From: Macrostomum lignano
Lineage: Eukaryota
DNA: 64,000 bases
NCBI GenBank assembly: GCA_002269645.1
Contig: NIVC01001827.1
Location: 186,001 to 250,000, forward strand
Reading direction: 5' to 3'
Shown: positions 1 through 16,719 of the stretch, one piece after another
Position numbering within the stretch: the stretch's first letter is position 1
Layout of the letters: each line of letters begins with the position of its first letter
The notes under the pieces: generated by a model
Database searches by the model: none
Told to the model about the DNA's origin: nothing
Seen by the model: the letters and a program-made list of their open reading frames with translations, nothing else
Position numbers and translations under genes: made by a program

Positions 1-995
1 GGCTCAGCCTGAGGATCTGGGAGGCTCAGCCTGAGGATCTGGGAGTGTAGCTGGGAGTGTAGCTCAGCCTGAGGATCTGGGAGGCTTAGCCTGAAGATCT
101 GGGAGACTGGCTGCTAAGCCTGAGGATCTGGGAGGCTGGCTGCTCAGCCTGAGGATCTAGGAGGCTGGCTGCTCAGCCTGAGGATCTGGGAGGCTGGCTG
201 CTCAGCCTGAGGATCTGGGAGGCTGGCTGCTAAGCCTGAGGATCTGGGAGGCTGGCTGCTCAGCTGAGGATCTGGGAGGCTGGCTGCTCAGCCTGAGGAT
301 CTGGGAGGCTGGCTGCTCAGCCTGAGGATCTGGGAGGCTGGCTGCTCAGCCTGAGGATCTGGGAGGCTGGCTGCTCAGCCTGAGGATCTGGGAGGCTCAG
401 CCCGAGGATCTGGGAGTGTAGCTGCCCAGCTGAGGATCTGGGAGGCTGGCTGCTCAGCTGAGAATCTGGGAGGCTTAGCCTGAGGAACTGGGGGCTCAGC
501 CCGAGAATCTGGGGGCTCAGCCCGAGAATCTGGGGGCTCAGCCCGAGGATCTGGGAGTGTAGCTGCCCAGCTGAGGATCTGGGAGGCTGAATACTCAGCT
601 GAGGATCTGGGAGGCTGAATACTCAGCTGAGGATCTGGGAGGCTCAGCCTGAGGATCGGGGAGTGTAGCTGGGAGTGTAGCTCAGCCTGAGGATCTGGGA
701 GTGTAGCTGCCCAGCTGAGGATCGGAGGCTGGCTGCTCAGCTGAGGATCTGGGAGGCTGGCTGCTAAGCTGAGGATCTGGGAGGCTTAGCCTGAGGATCT
801 GGGAGGCTCAGCCTGAGGATCTGGGAGTGTAGCTGGGAGTGTAGCTCAGCCTGAGGATCTGGGAGTGTAGCTGGGAGTGTAGCTCAGCCTGAGGATCTGG
901 GAGGCTGGCTGCTCAGCCTGAGGATCTGGGAGGCTGGCTGCTCAGCTTGAGGATCTGGGAGGCTGGCTGCTCAGCCTAAGGATCTGGGAGGGCAG
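1..995. repeat. Minisatellite, ~30-bp unit (ggctggctgctcagcctgaggatctgggag) with shorter variants
   Basis: Unit repeated continuously from the window start to ~995, just downstream of the SPRYD7 stop codon. Confidence 0.95.
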
Positions 996-1042
996 CAGTG
1001 GCTCAGCAACGATTCAAGGCAGGAGCCAGGAGATTCGGGCAG

Positions 1043-1444
1043 CTACAGCAGTTGCTTCTCCTTGATCAGCTCGCGAAAGCCCGCAGGCGGTCCGAAAGCG
1101 AATGCCGCAAAGGCGCAGTCCAGAATTGCGCCATCGTCGACGTAGAATGTGGGGAACACTGTGCCCCTGATCCCCGTGACCGGCGTGTGCATCGGCTTGC
1201 CGTTCAAGAACACCTCCAGGGTCACGTGATCGTATGTGAGGCCAATGACGTCGCCCTCCTGTACCGGGTCGGGCAGCTTAGCAACCGGCTGGTTGCCATG
1301 GTAAATAGCTGCATCGTCGCGCAGGGCCCACGACTCGGCGTCGGAGCCGAGATTGTTAGGCGACTCAAGGTCGCAGCGAACAGTGCCGAGGCCGATGCCC
1401 CAGCTGCCGCAGGACTGCAGCTTCACCTCCCAATAGGCCTTGTC
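1043..1444 (-). CDS. SPRYD7: SPRY domain-containing protein 7-like, exon 2 (last)
   Basis: DKAYWEVKLQSCGSWGIG...EGDVIGLTYDHVTLEVFLNGKPMHTPVTGIRGTVFPTFYVDDGAILDC closely follows the recalled SPRYD7 C-terminal half. Acceptor ccacag|GAC at 1445/1444, phase 0; TAG at 1045-1043. Confidence 0.92.
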   Translation of the reverse strand, partial: DKAYWEVKLQSCGSWGIGLGTVRCDLESPNNLGSDAESWALRDDAAIYHGNQPVAKLPDPVQEGDVIGLTYDHVTLEVFLNGKPMHTPVTGIRGTVFPTFYVDDGAILDCAFAAFAFGPPAGFRELIKEKQLL

Positions 1445-1798
1445 CTGTGGGGTTGGATTTCGTGCTGGGGTATTCACACTAAGACAAACTGTGAAGTAGC
1501 AGTCTGCCGGGATCGCGGTCTGCTCTGGAATTTCACTCAAGATTTCGACCAATTTTCCGCCAAGATTACCTATTCGATTTTTTACATTTTGAGTGTTGTT
1601 TTCTGCTGCAAGGAATGGACAAGCGATATCAACCGTGGCGGGCACTACGGTGTCGTACGACTAGTAAGTACTCAGACTCCGTGTAACTCCTTACCATCAG
1701 CGAGGTCATTGCGTATCAGTATCAGCTACGCAATCAGTCTTAGCTATCATACTTTTATCTGTACCGAGCAATAGAAAATCCACTGCGCGTCCCAACGC

Positions 1799-2840
1799 CT
1801 AAAGTCCTAACGACTCTGGATTCCAGGCAAGTCATTGTGCGTTTCCTAACCACTCTGGATTCCAGGCAAGTCATTGTGCGTTTCCTAACCACTCTGGATT
1901 CCAGCAATTCATTGTGCGTTTCCTAACCACTCTGGATTCCAGGCAAGTCCTTGTGCGTTTCCTAACCACTCTGGATTCCAGGCAAGTCATTGTGCGTTTC
2001 CTAACCACTCTGGATTCCAGGCAAGTCATTGTGCGTTTCCTAACCACTCTGGATTCCAGGCAAGTCCTTGTGCGTTTCCTAACCACTCTGGATTCCAGCA
2101 ATTCATTGTGCGTTTCCTAACCACTCTGGATTCCAGGCAAGTCATTGTGCGTTTCCTAACCACTCTGGATTCCAGGCAAGTCCTTGTGCGTTTCCTAACC
2201 ACTCTGGATTCCAGGCAAGTCATTGTGCGTTTCCTAACCACTCTGGATTCCAGGCAAGTCCTTGTGCGTTTCCTAACCACTCTGGATTCCAGGCAAGTCC
2301 TTGTGCGTTTCCTAACCACTCTGGATTCCAGGCAAGTCATTGTGCGTTTCCTAACCACTCTGGATTCCAGGCAAGTCCTTGTGCGTTTCCTAACCACTCT
2401 GGATTCCAGGCAAGTCCTTGTGCGTTTCCTAACCACTCTGGATTCCAGGCAAGTCCTTGTGCGTTTCCTAACCACTCTGGATTCCAGGCAAGTCATTGTG
2501 CGTTTCCTAACCACTCTGGATTCCAGGCAAGTCATTGTGCGTTTCCTAACCACTCTGGATTCCAGGCAAGTCATTGTGCGTTTCCTAACCACTCTGGATT
2601 CCAGGCAAGTCATTGTGCGTTTCCTAACCACTCTGGATTCCAGGCAAGTCATTGTGCGTTTCCTAACCACTCTGGATTCCAGGCAAGTCCTTGTGCGTTT
2701 CCTAACCACTCTGGATTCCAGGCAAGTCCTTGTGCGTTTCCTAACCACTCTGGATTCCAGGCAAGTCATTGTGCGTTTCCTAACCACTCTGGATTCCAGG
2801 CAAGTCATTGTGCGTTTCCTAACGCCTCTGGATTCCAGAC
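1799..2840. repeat. Intronic minisatellite, 39-bp unit (gtcattgtgcgtttcctaaccactctggattccaggcaa), ~26 copies
   Basis: Near-perfect tandem unit with two alternating variants (gtcatt/gtcctt); explains the repetitive ORFs on both strands. Confidence 0.97.
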
Positions 2841-3229
2841 TGATTTATGCCGTTATTATATAACAGCACTGTTAAACTTTACTAGCTCGGCGACCATACC
2901 ATCGTAGAAACCAACCGGATAGAATGTCGAAATCATTTTTTTAATCGAGCCGAGTCTTTGCCTTGCTACAAGTGAGTCTTTGCTACCTGTAAAAAATCGT
3001 TTCTTACTTGCTTTTGTAGGTAAAAAAACTACGGACGCAAATTGTAAAATAGACTTTTGACCCAACCCCGCCTGTATAAGAAACATAAAATACTCGGATT
3101 GAAGGGCTCAATGTTTATCGTGTAATGTGTGTGCGACACACCTGTCTCTATATGTTATTGCATACACAAATACACACAAACAAACACAAGTAGAGAGGGC
3201 TCTAATTTAAGTCGAATTCTCTGGCTCAC

Positions 3230-3412
3230 CTGCGACACCGGGCAATTAGCCCTAGCGGCACCCGTACCGCAGATACGGCGGCCATTTTTAACTAGGACAA
3301 CACCCTGGCCCATTGTGGCATTATCCAGCTGCACTGGCGGCGCCAGGGTCACCGGCTGGTAGGCAAACTGGTCCCGGTACATACGCCGAAAGCAGCGAGC
3401 GCAGGAAGCCAT
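3230..3412 (-). CDS. SPRYD7: SPRY domain-containing protein 7-like, exon 1
   Basis: MASCARCFRR...VQLDNATMGQGVVLVKNGRRICGTG matches the SPRYD7 motif VVIVKNGRRICGTG. Donor CAG|gtgagc at 3230/3229, phase 0. Joined CDS is 194 aa. Confidence 0.92.
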
Positions 3413-3609
3413 TGATTGGTTCGTTGATTTGAATGCGACAGATTAAATGCTTTGACGCAGGGCCGAAACTGCAGATTCGTTGATGAGTCCAACGAGAATG
3501 GGCTGACAGAAGGGTAATGAGTATGCGTTTGAGTATGAGTTGTTGAAAATGGACGACTCATTTTCTATAGACCTAAATATCTTCACTAAATAATCTGACT
3601 TAAGGCTAG

Positions 3610-4445
3610 AGGGGGGGGCGCACAGGAGGAGGCGCCAGCTACAGAGAGGGGTGCTAGCTACAGAGAGGGCGCCAGCTACAGAGGGGGGTGCTAGCTACAG
3701 AGAGGGCGCCAGCTATAGAGGGGGGTGCTAGCTACAGAGAGGGCGCCAGCTACAGAGGGGGGCGCCAGCTAAAGGGGGCGCCAGCTACAGAGGGCGCCAG
3801 CTACAGAGGAGGGCGCCAGCTACAGAGGGCGCCAGCTACAGAGGAGGGCGCAAGCTACAGAGGGGGGCGCCAGCTACAGAGGAGGGCGCCAGCTACAGAG
3901 GAGGGCGCCAGGTACAGAGGGGGTGCTAGCTACAGAGAGGGCGCCAGCTACAGAGGGGGGCGCCAGCTAGAGGGGGCGCCAGCTACAGAGGGCGCCAGCT
4001 AGAGGGGGCGCCAGCTACAGAGGGCGCAAGCTACAGAGGGCGCAAGCTACAGAGGAGGGCGCCAGCTACAGAGGAGGGCGCCAGCTACAGAGGGCGCCAG
4101 CTACAGAGGAGGGCGCAAGCTACAGAGGGGGGCGCCAGCTACAGAGGGCGCCAGCTACAGAGGAGGGCGCAAGCTACAGAGGGGGCGCCAGCTACAGAGG
4201 AGGGCGCCAGCTACAGAGGGCGCCAGCTACAGAGGAGAGCGCAAGCTACAGAGGGGGGCGCCAGCTACAGAGGAGGGCGCCAGCTACAGAGGAGGGCGCC
4301 AGGTACAGAGGGCGCCAGCTACAGAGGAGGGCGCAAGCTACAGAGGGCGCCAGCTACAGAGGGCGCCAGCTACAGAGGAGGGCGCAAGCTACAGAGGGGG
4401 CGCCAGCAACAGAGGGAGCGCCAGCTACAGGGGGGGGGGGGCGCC
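3610..4445. repeat. G-rich minisatellite, ~16-20-bp unit (ggcgccagctacagaggag)
   Basis: Tandem variable-length unit between the SPRYD7 start and the ZMIZ copy 1 stop. Confidence 0.95.
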
Positions 4446-4812
4446 AAATATGGCTAAAAAACTTTCAATATTTAAACATCTCTGGCTTGTCCTTATCTAG
4501 TTTAAAAACGGCCTTGGTGATAGATACTCAGCCAGAGATACTACAGCGCGCAGAAGAAACACTACTTAGGAGCTTCTGCCTAAATCAAAAAACGAAAAAA
4601 TGAAGACGCCGAACTCCATGCGCAAATAAAATTTTATATTAAAAATTAGATACAATTAAATACGTTTGTTTATGTACATGTACACATAAAATAATTTAAA
4701 CTTAGCAAAGCGGCATTGCAGCACGACATTCTGCATTAAATAGCGACGAACAAAACACATGTAATTAAGTAGATTGCTAAGGTAGAAATTATAAATGTCA
4801 AGAAAACATTGG

Positions 4813-6510
<1,698 letters not shown>

Positions 6511-7943
6511 AACATTTTAAGTGATTTTTTGACTAATTTCATTTGATACTATGGAATGCAGGAAAATATGTAAAATGTGGAGCTTGATTCAAATAAAGTA
6601 ATAAACATAAACATGAAGCAGTAGTATAAATTCCTGAATTCCCCAATAAATAATATAGGGTTTAAAGTAAAAAATAATTGATATACTTTAATTTTTTAAG
6701 CAAATAGCTTAATAGAAAACTAATATATTTTATGACCAATCATTTAGAATAAAGCCTAATAATAAAAATCTCTGTTGTAGTGCATGGCTTCAACACATTT
6801 TACTCTTATTCTTACCCTAAGTATGCCATCTTTATACTAGTGGCACCCAGGAGAAATAAGATGGGGGAAGGAAATACTTTAGGCTTTTTGCCTTGTTGAA
6901 GTTTTGAGTATATATACCCTTATTATATAGGGTATATAATACTTTGACAATTTTTGTGTATTAGTAGACACTGATCATTTTTACCTAATTTTTTTTAGGT
7001 TTTTAGGCCTAAGAAATCAGTGGCACAACTGGGGGGGGGGTGGGGAGGGCGAGGTGGGCAGTCACCCCCCTTAGGTGGAGACTCAAAAAATCAAATGGGG
7101 GCCAAGAGAATTTTCACCAAAAACAGAGCCAAACCTCTGTCCCCCTCCTGGGACTTTACCTACTAGAATCTGCCCCCCCCCCTAAAAAATTTTTGGTTGC
7201 ACTATTGCAATAAATCTTTTTATATAAACAATTTCAATTGACCAATTCTTATGCCTAATGTCATTTTTAGCTCTTGTCTCTTGTCTATTAATAATAATAA
7301 ATCTGATATAAATAGAATAGCCAAAACATTTGCAATAATATCTTAAAAAGTTAGCCTTAGGTCTCAAATGCATGGGATAACTAAAGAAATTGTTTTGCTA
7401 TTCTTCACTATATCTATATCCAATGCCTTCAATTTCTTTCTATCATGTAGTAGACTTGATTTAGTATATTAAAAGTTGTTTCCTAACTAGGGACAACAAT
7501 ACTAACCTATAATAAACTAAAAAAGATAATTTTGTCAATTTTAAAAATTATTTTTAGTATACAAAAAGCATTACAAACAGACAAATAGACAGATCTTAGA
7601 GATTTAGTAAATTTAGATTGGTTGAAAATTAAAAAATAGACAGTTTATATTGGTTTTATATTTTATGATGACTTTTTAAAAAACAAAATCCTCAAGATTT
7701 CTTTATTTATATCAACATAGTTAAAGGATTGTAAGCCTATTGCAAATGCAAGTTTCATATACATACATGCCCAACATCTATCTGACCTATCCAAACCAGA
7801 CAGGTGAAAAACGTGAAATGGCCATTGGCCAAGGTAAGTCACAAAATCAAAAATATGAAATATGAAAAATTGGGAAAAGAAAGAAGAGAGGAAGAGAAAG
7901 GAAAAAAGGAGGGAGAAGAGAGAGAGAGGGGAAAGAATACAGT

Positions 7944-8240
7944 TTTCACAAGTAGAGTCTTCTAAGAAAGGCTTTTGTATGATAAAAGTGTTTATAAAAT
8001 ATTACGAATATTTTCAATTTAAACAAACTTAAATTATACCCACAAAAATATGGCCCAAAATTGATACTCTAAGCAAAAATTTACACTAATTTTATTCATT
8101 GTTAATTTCAAAGAAGCAAAAATTTTATCACTGATGATGTTAATTTTCCATTACTTTACCTTAAAATGTTAATTTACATTACAATTTTCATGTATGGCAT
8201 AAATTTATTCACCAAAATTTGTATGCCAAAAAAGTATGCG
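7944..8240. repeat. Dispersed AT-rich repeat; second copy at ~29481-29790
   Basis: tttcacaagtagagtcttctaagaaagg...aagaagcaaaaattttatcactga...gtatgccaaaaaa aligns by eye with 29481-29790 in the same orientation. Confidence 0.7.
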
Positions 8241-9692
8241 TGGCTGTGTTACTTGTGTATGCCAATAGTGTATGCCAACAAAGTTCGCCAGGGTTTGTGA
8301 ATGCCGATTGTGTATACCAAGGACTTAGGGTGGCCATTTTATATGCCAGAAAAGTTCCGGCATACATGCATACGATCTGCAGCCTGGAAAGGAACTAAGT
8401 TGCAATTGGGAGAAACTAAGTCGCAAATTTGGACAAAACTAGGCCTAAGTTGCATTGGACAGGTGAAATTTTGAGGTTGGGCATATATGTTCATATAGTA
8501 TATAGCACCACTGTAGTGATAGAGCGAATATAGATTTTTGCAAGTTTCTAAAAGCAAATCTAAAGATACCAAAAGTTCCCAATCCAAATCCAAACAAATA
8601 TCCAAATGTGTTTTTGATTAGTAAGCAGAAAGTAAAAGTAAATGAAAGGAGCAACTATGACACTTATGATATAATGATATAGTGCCTTAATAATTCAGTA
8701 TAATAATTCCTTATAACATAGCCTTCTATATTTCTCTATTTTTACAATTAGTTTGCTATTTCTTTGAAACTGCCATGTTTAAATTTATAGCTAAAAACAT
8801 TGTTTAAATGTTGCAATATAAAATATTATTTTGCAAATAAATTTGTCTTAAATAGACCACTCAACTAGTATAAATAAAAGCCCCAAGCGGGCAAATGAAG
8901 CCAATTTGCAGAGACCTACAGAGGACAATCCCAGATCCCAGAGCCCCTAACTCTTCATGTTTCTACAATTAGGCCCTAGACCTACAATTACAACTACAGT
9001 CCCGCTTAGGGTTAGGGCTAAGGCTAAGAAAAAATAATGATAAATCTATAGTAGAGTTGTACTGACTTGTACTGACTTGTACTATAATTGAGTAGCTCGT
9101 AGTCGTAGACTGCCAGACCGGTTTCAAATCCAGATTCCGTAATAATTTTAGACTTTTCATATTACCGGATTCCAAACAGAATCGACTCGGATTTTCCAAG
9201 AAAATAAGCAGTATAACTATTAAACTTTGTTGAATGTCTGACTGCGTAAACAGCCTCACTTTGCACAGTTTTTAACTCTCCTCTTGGCTATTGCCATTTA
9301 ATAATTACAACTTTATAGCACGTATATTCTTCTAGTTCTGGTTCTAGAACTAGATCCAATTTGTTACAAGTTATAACTTTCAGTCTCCTAAACAAGCAAC
9401 TTGATATGAAAAGCCCTTTGAATGTGCAATTAAATTTAACTAATTATTTGAAAAAAAGATCAGAAAAAAAACTAAAACAGCTAAGCTGGCCCGGCTCCAA
9501 TTGCGGTTGGGTCGAATTTAACCAGTCAAAAGCGCCACGTACTCGTGAGCTATTTCGTGTATTTTTACGGTCGATTAAATTTCTACAAATTGAATGGAGC
9601 CTTTAAATTTCATCACAAACCTTCAGTCATCGAGAACGATCGAGACCATGCTTCTTAAAGCTTGCTTTCAGCTGCATGGTACGTGTCCCGGC

Positions 9693-10389
9693 CAAGGACG
9701 ACTTAAGTAGGACGGGAAACCTCGTTTCTTATAAAATTTTAAAAAGCAGGTTTTCCTGAAAAAATACACTACGGAGATAGGAAGTTTTCATTTTTCAGCA
9801 CAAAAACTGTTATTGATTTTGATAGGAGGCAGATCCAGTGTTCATCTTTTGATATGAATTTGTGCCTTTCTTATTGCTCTAATCGATATTCATAAAGCTT
9901 TTTGTTCAAAGAAGTAAGATTCTATGTTAATTTTTTATTCTACGTACATTTCCTGTACCTAAAAATAATAAAAATGCATTGCACAGCTCTAAATCTTTGG
10001 TTTTTTAATCCATTTTATCATTTGTGCTACGCATATTTGTTACACTGCAGTCAGCTAAGAATGATAAAATAGACTCATAAAACCAAAGAGCCGAGCTGTG
10101 CTATTTTAATGGCTTTTAGGCACAAGACATCCGCAAATGTACGTAGAATAAAAAATTAACATTAGAATCCTATTTTTCTGAACGAAAAGCTTTACGAATA
10201 TCGATAGAGCATGCAAGAAAGGCACAACACATCAAAAGATGAACACTGGATCTGCCTCCTATCAAAAGCAAAAACTATTTTTGTGCTGAAAAAATGAAAA
10301 CTTCCTATCTCCGTAGTGTATTTTTTCGGGAAAACCTGCCTTTTAAAATTTTCTAAGAAACGAGGTTTCCCGTCCTTAAGTCGTCCTTG
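9693..10389. mobile_element. Foldback MITE (697 bp), long TIRs starting CAAGGAC, 8-bp TSD GTCCCGGC; probably P-superfamily (hAT not excluded)
   Basis: The element is an imperfect palindrome over most of its length; GTCCCGGC occurs at 9685-9692 and 10390-10397. Confidence 0.88.
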
Positions 10390-13300
10390 GTCCCGGCCTC
10401 TCGGAAACACGTCCGTATATATGCGCTGGTACAGGTACATGTGGCCATACATAATTTTTGTTTATAATTAAAGCGTTAATCGTACCGGTGAAATTTTTAC
10501 ATGCTTTTTTACGAGCTATATAATCTATCGACAGAATTTTTGATATAGTAACAGTGCTTTCTGTAGCTAAACAAGGCAAAACCGTTGAACTTTTTATTCG
10601 ACGAGTACAGCTGCTGCCCAAAGACCATTGTACACCTACGTACATGTATTACAGTAGTGGTACTTGCTGCTTCCATGAATTCTTGAAATAGTTCTTTTGA
10701 CTACCCGAAACTGCCACATGTAAGCAGATTGTACGGTGCTCAGTGGACGATGATGCAAGCTCTAGCCAATAGAAATATCGACTGTACACTCATCTCTGAA
10801 TCGGCATGCAGTGATTCATTACGTGCTTACGTATAAAACATATCCTATAGCTTTGTGTTTAAAATATGATCGAAATCGGTTGCAGGAAGACTCACTTACG
10901 TCAAGGTGTTTTTTATAAGCGCGCCAAACTGTAACTGTCAAAACTTTTACATGTAAATGTGCGCATGCGCCTTTGTTCAGAGGTGGATTTAGAAATATAA
11001 AATGAGGGGGGACGGATTTTAACCATAAGTGGGGGCGTCCTACTGAGCAAACTGAGGGCGGTAAGTATAGTATGAAGTTGGCCACAATAGCCAGGCAATT
11101 TCTACGCGTGATTTCGGACACTCCCGTCTTATTTACTGTTTCGGATTTAATTAATCCGTACATTCAAAGTATTATAGTTCAGAATATTGAGATGCCAGTC
11201 CAGTGGAAACGAGAGGGGGATGACTGCCCCTCTCCCTTACATCCGCACGTGCGGCTTGGCTACCAATTGTAGTTAATGCAATTAATAAAAAATTAAGAAA
11301 ACAAAAGTTACTTTTTTTAAACACGTTTTAGAACGGCGCGCGTGATCCGCGAAGCTGCAAGAAAAGAGAAAAAACCTTGCACAGAAAAAGATAAGTCTTA
11401 CCCACTACGTTACTTTAATACTTTAATATTCGTATAGTTTCGTTAAAAAAGTTATATACATAATACAAAACTTGATTCGTCGAACGCAATAAATCAACAG
11501 TTTCGTCATTTACTTTTAAGACAGTATTTAAAATTGGTTCGTCATATGTACATCTCTTGATTTTTGTGTCCATGATAAAGTTAAGAAAAGTTATGGTAAA
11601 TACTGAGTCAAATCAGTTGTCAGGGTCCAATACAGTCGGGCTTGATTAAAAAGGAGATCAACCAACACCACAGAGGAGTAGAGAATCAATCAAGGGGAAG
11701 CGTTACTTAATTAATAATTTTTAAAAGTTTAAGTAAGCGCACAGAGAAAAAGGTCGGCATTTGAAATTAAAACAGTGCAATAAAATAACTAATTAGTAGT
11801 TTAGACGCAACCGCAATAGCGATTAATGATTTCTTACACGGAGCAATCAAACAGCTGCTGAGAATGGCAAAAATATTCGCGAACAGACTAATTCAAGTAC
11901 TTTACTTTTTAATTGGAAAGTGCAAAAATGTATCGCGCTTTCACTACACAAAAGTGCTCATACATATGACTTCGCATTAGATAAATACGCAATTATAACA
12001 TGGCTAATAGAATGTCAGTAAAAGAATAGCAGTGTCTATATGGAGAAAAAGTGTTCCCTTTAACTATGAGTTGATTGTGACACGCGCTCGGATAATCTCG
12101 AAATTATAAATAAATTTAAACAACTTTAATTCCGAGCAGCACTTATTAAGGAAATAATTTTTCATAATGCCATAAAAGGCCAGGTAAATTGGTATACATT
12201 TGGAATACAATGCATATATTATACATGTTGTTGATTATAATCAAAGGTTAATAAGTGGAGAGATCAATGATAAGCTACTAGAATAACTAGATACGTCCCT
12301 CGCAATAAAATGCGTTTATCTACTCTTCTCAGTAGCAAAATTAGCGTTTCCACCTCTATATATTTTGAAATTATCCTGTTTTAACTGACTCCAGACTCCT
12401 TCGACTCGAAATGATAAAAAAAACAAATTTTAGACCAAATCCAGTGCGTGCATAGCGAGCAGAGAAAAAGGGTGGCACCTCCCCCGATAAGCTGATAACC
12501 AGTTGGACTGCCTGCCCTCTTCCCCGCTCCTTACTGCTCTCTCATTGGCTGAGCTAGATTGGGCCTGCCTCTCCCTAGGCTGAGTTTCGTCCGTTTAACT
12601 TTGACCAATCCTTACTGCTCTCTAATAGCTAAGCTAGATTGGACCGCGCCCTAGTCACTTGTGTACATCCTGTTAAATAGTTGTTGTTTATTCTTAGCTT
12701 TCATCCTTGACGCGTTGAAGAAAAGGAAATTCTAGCTGCTAAATGAAATTTTAGTGTTGACGCGCAAACAAACTACTGCAAAAGAGTAGACGCTCAGCTT
12801 TATAACAACTTTAATTGCAAGTGACCTATCTATAACTGATTCTAGTATCCGCGAGTTTTCAATAGTTATACAGAAATTAAAGAACCTAGACAAAATTAGA
12901 GACGCAAGCAAGGACTATAATAGTCAAGTTCTACTGTGCAGACAATATGAAAAAAATAATTAATTAATAACGACTTAACGCGATCCGAGTATAACAATAC
13001 AACATCAAAACGAATAGGCAAATATCAATAATAAATAATAGTTGAACTGAGAGTTAAGCAGTGGTCACATAAGAGAAATGAAATTCGTAAAAATTAATAA
13101 AGCAGCGGTCACAACGCTGAATTGTCAGTGACAACAATAAGATACACGTGGAACAGACAACAAAAAACTACATTATGGAATAAATCGCTTGAAAAATCGA
13201 CTGATAAAAAGGAAACTAAGTTTCAGAGCTTTAATAATCCTAAAGTAACTCGCGCATCAGTGTAGAAAAGCTAAAAGGAGGATGCGTTGCTTAGAAGCAT

Positions 13301-13575
13301 TTAACACTGGAATTACAACAACCTCGCATGGCATTGTGAGCAAAACCTGCTCAAATACTACCTTAGCTTTAAAAAAGCGATACTCACTTTTAAAAATAGA
13401 TCAGGCATTTGACTGATTGAAACTACGCAGAAAAAACGAATTTTAACTACTTTTGCTGTGAAGATTTTAAGGATAAAATCAACTATTACTGCTTAGATGG
13501 CTTCACACTGAGAATTGGTTAGTGCACTATGTAAAATCGAAAAATTGCAAATTGTAATTACGAAACTCGACACTC

Positions 13576-15285
<1,710 letters not shown>

Positions 15286-16719
15286 AAAATTTTTTAAAGT
15301 GATTTTTTGACTTATTTAATTTGATACTATGGAATGCAGGAAAATATGTAAAATGTTGAGCTTTATTTAAATAAAAACCATAAAGTATAAAAAATGGAAA
15401 CAAAAATTACCAATGTAGCAGTGTTGCATAACAGACTTGACATTTTAATAAGATTTATGTCCTACTAATTTAAATATACTTTATGCCTGGTTGATAGAGT
15501 GAATAAATATAGAAAATCAATAGACCCAGACCTATTTTTTTGTTTCTATATATTATTTAGTGTATTTCAGTCCACATTTTATCAAAAATATATTTTTCTA
15601 ATCCTTTATTTATAAGGCATCAAATGCCATTTAAATACAAGTGGTGAGCAAACCCCCCATCCCAAGAATGGGTAGAGAGGATGGCACACAAAGGCAGCAC
15701 AAAGTACAGTGCAAGGAGGAGTGGATGGCTAACATTTATTTTACTCCAGGCTCACAAACAAATCCTAAGAGAAATGGAGGCAATAAAGCATTTCTTGTGC
15801 TTTTAAATATTTTCATGTTTCTTTTACATTATTTTTTTCTTTTTGAAGGCAGAAACTTTTTTCTCAATTTGATAGAAATACAAATATATATAGATATAAT
15901 TGGGAGATGTTTAAACTGGTATGTGAATAGAAGTGGGGGTAAAAGTGAAAAATAATGTATGCAATATATTTTATGACAAAGTCTGCATTAAAATCTGGTG
16001 CTAGCAATGTGAGGCATCAGCTTTATTGGTAGAAAAAACATTATAAAGATTTAAAATACAATTTTTATTGTAAAAAAATGAAAAAAAATGAAAAAATGAT
16101 AGTTATTAAATATATCTGATAATGTGTCTGACACTGCTTATAGGGTTGCTTGATAAGTTTGCAGATGGGATTGAGGGACTATATTGCAAAATGGTTTCAT
16201 AAGATAGAAAAATGCATCAGTCTATCTGATGCATTTGTTGAAATTCTTGAAATCTCACTAGGTGGGGATATATGCAAATAAATTTTTGAAGTAACAGCAT
16301 ATTTAGAAAAGTGTCTTTTTCTTCAAACTTATTAAGCAAACTTTGTACAAACATAGAACATATTAACTAAAAGAATAAGACTCTCAATGAAAAGCAAAAA
16401 GGTTATCTAGACTATAGGTTATATTTCAAATAACCCTATTTCAAACTTGTTTATATAAGATTAAGAATAATAAGAAAACATAATATTTTCTTAAAATTTT
16501 ATGCACTAACATTTTTTAGGTTTAGGTTATCTGGTCATTTTGGTAGCAAATAGTCATTTAGTGGTAATTTTGTTTTATGCCAAACACATTTTGCTTTTAA
16601 TAAAAGCCACCAAGTTTCTATAACATTTTTGATTATAACTTTTATTTCTTTTTGTTTTGCCTATTAGAGCATATTTACTATTGTTATATAATACTCTAAA
16701 TAGACAATTTGTTAATGTA

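Noticed and set aside
998-1774. 258-aa plus-strand ORF
   Set aside because: Antisense shadow of SPRYD7 exon 2; no recognisable motif.
1799-2863. Long ORFs (VRFLTTLDSRQVI)n and CRISPR-like periodicity
   Set aside because: A 39-bp minisatellite with no unique spacers and no cas genes, inside a eukaryotic intron.
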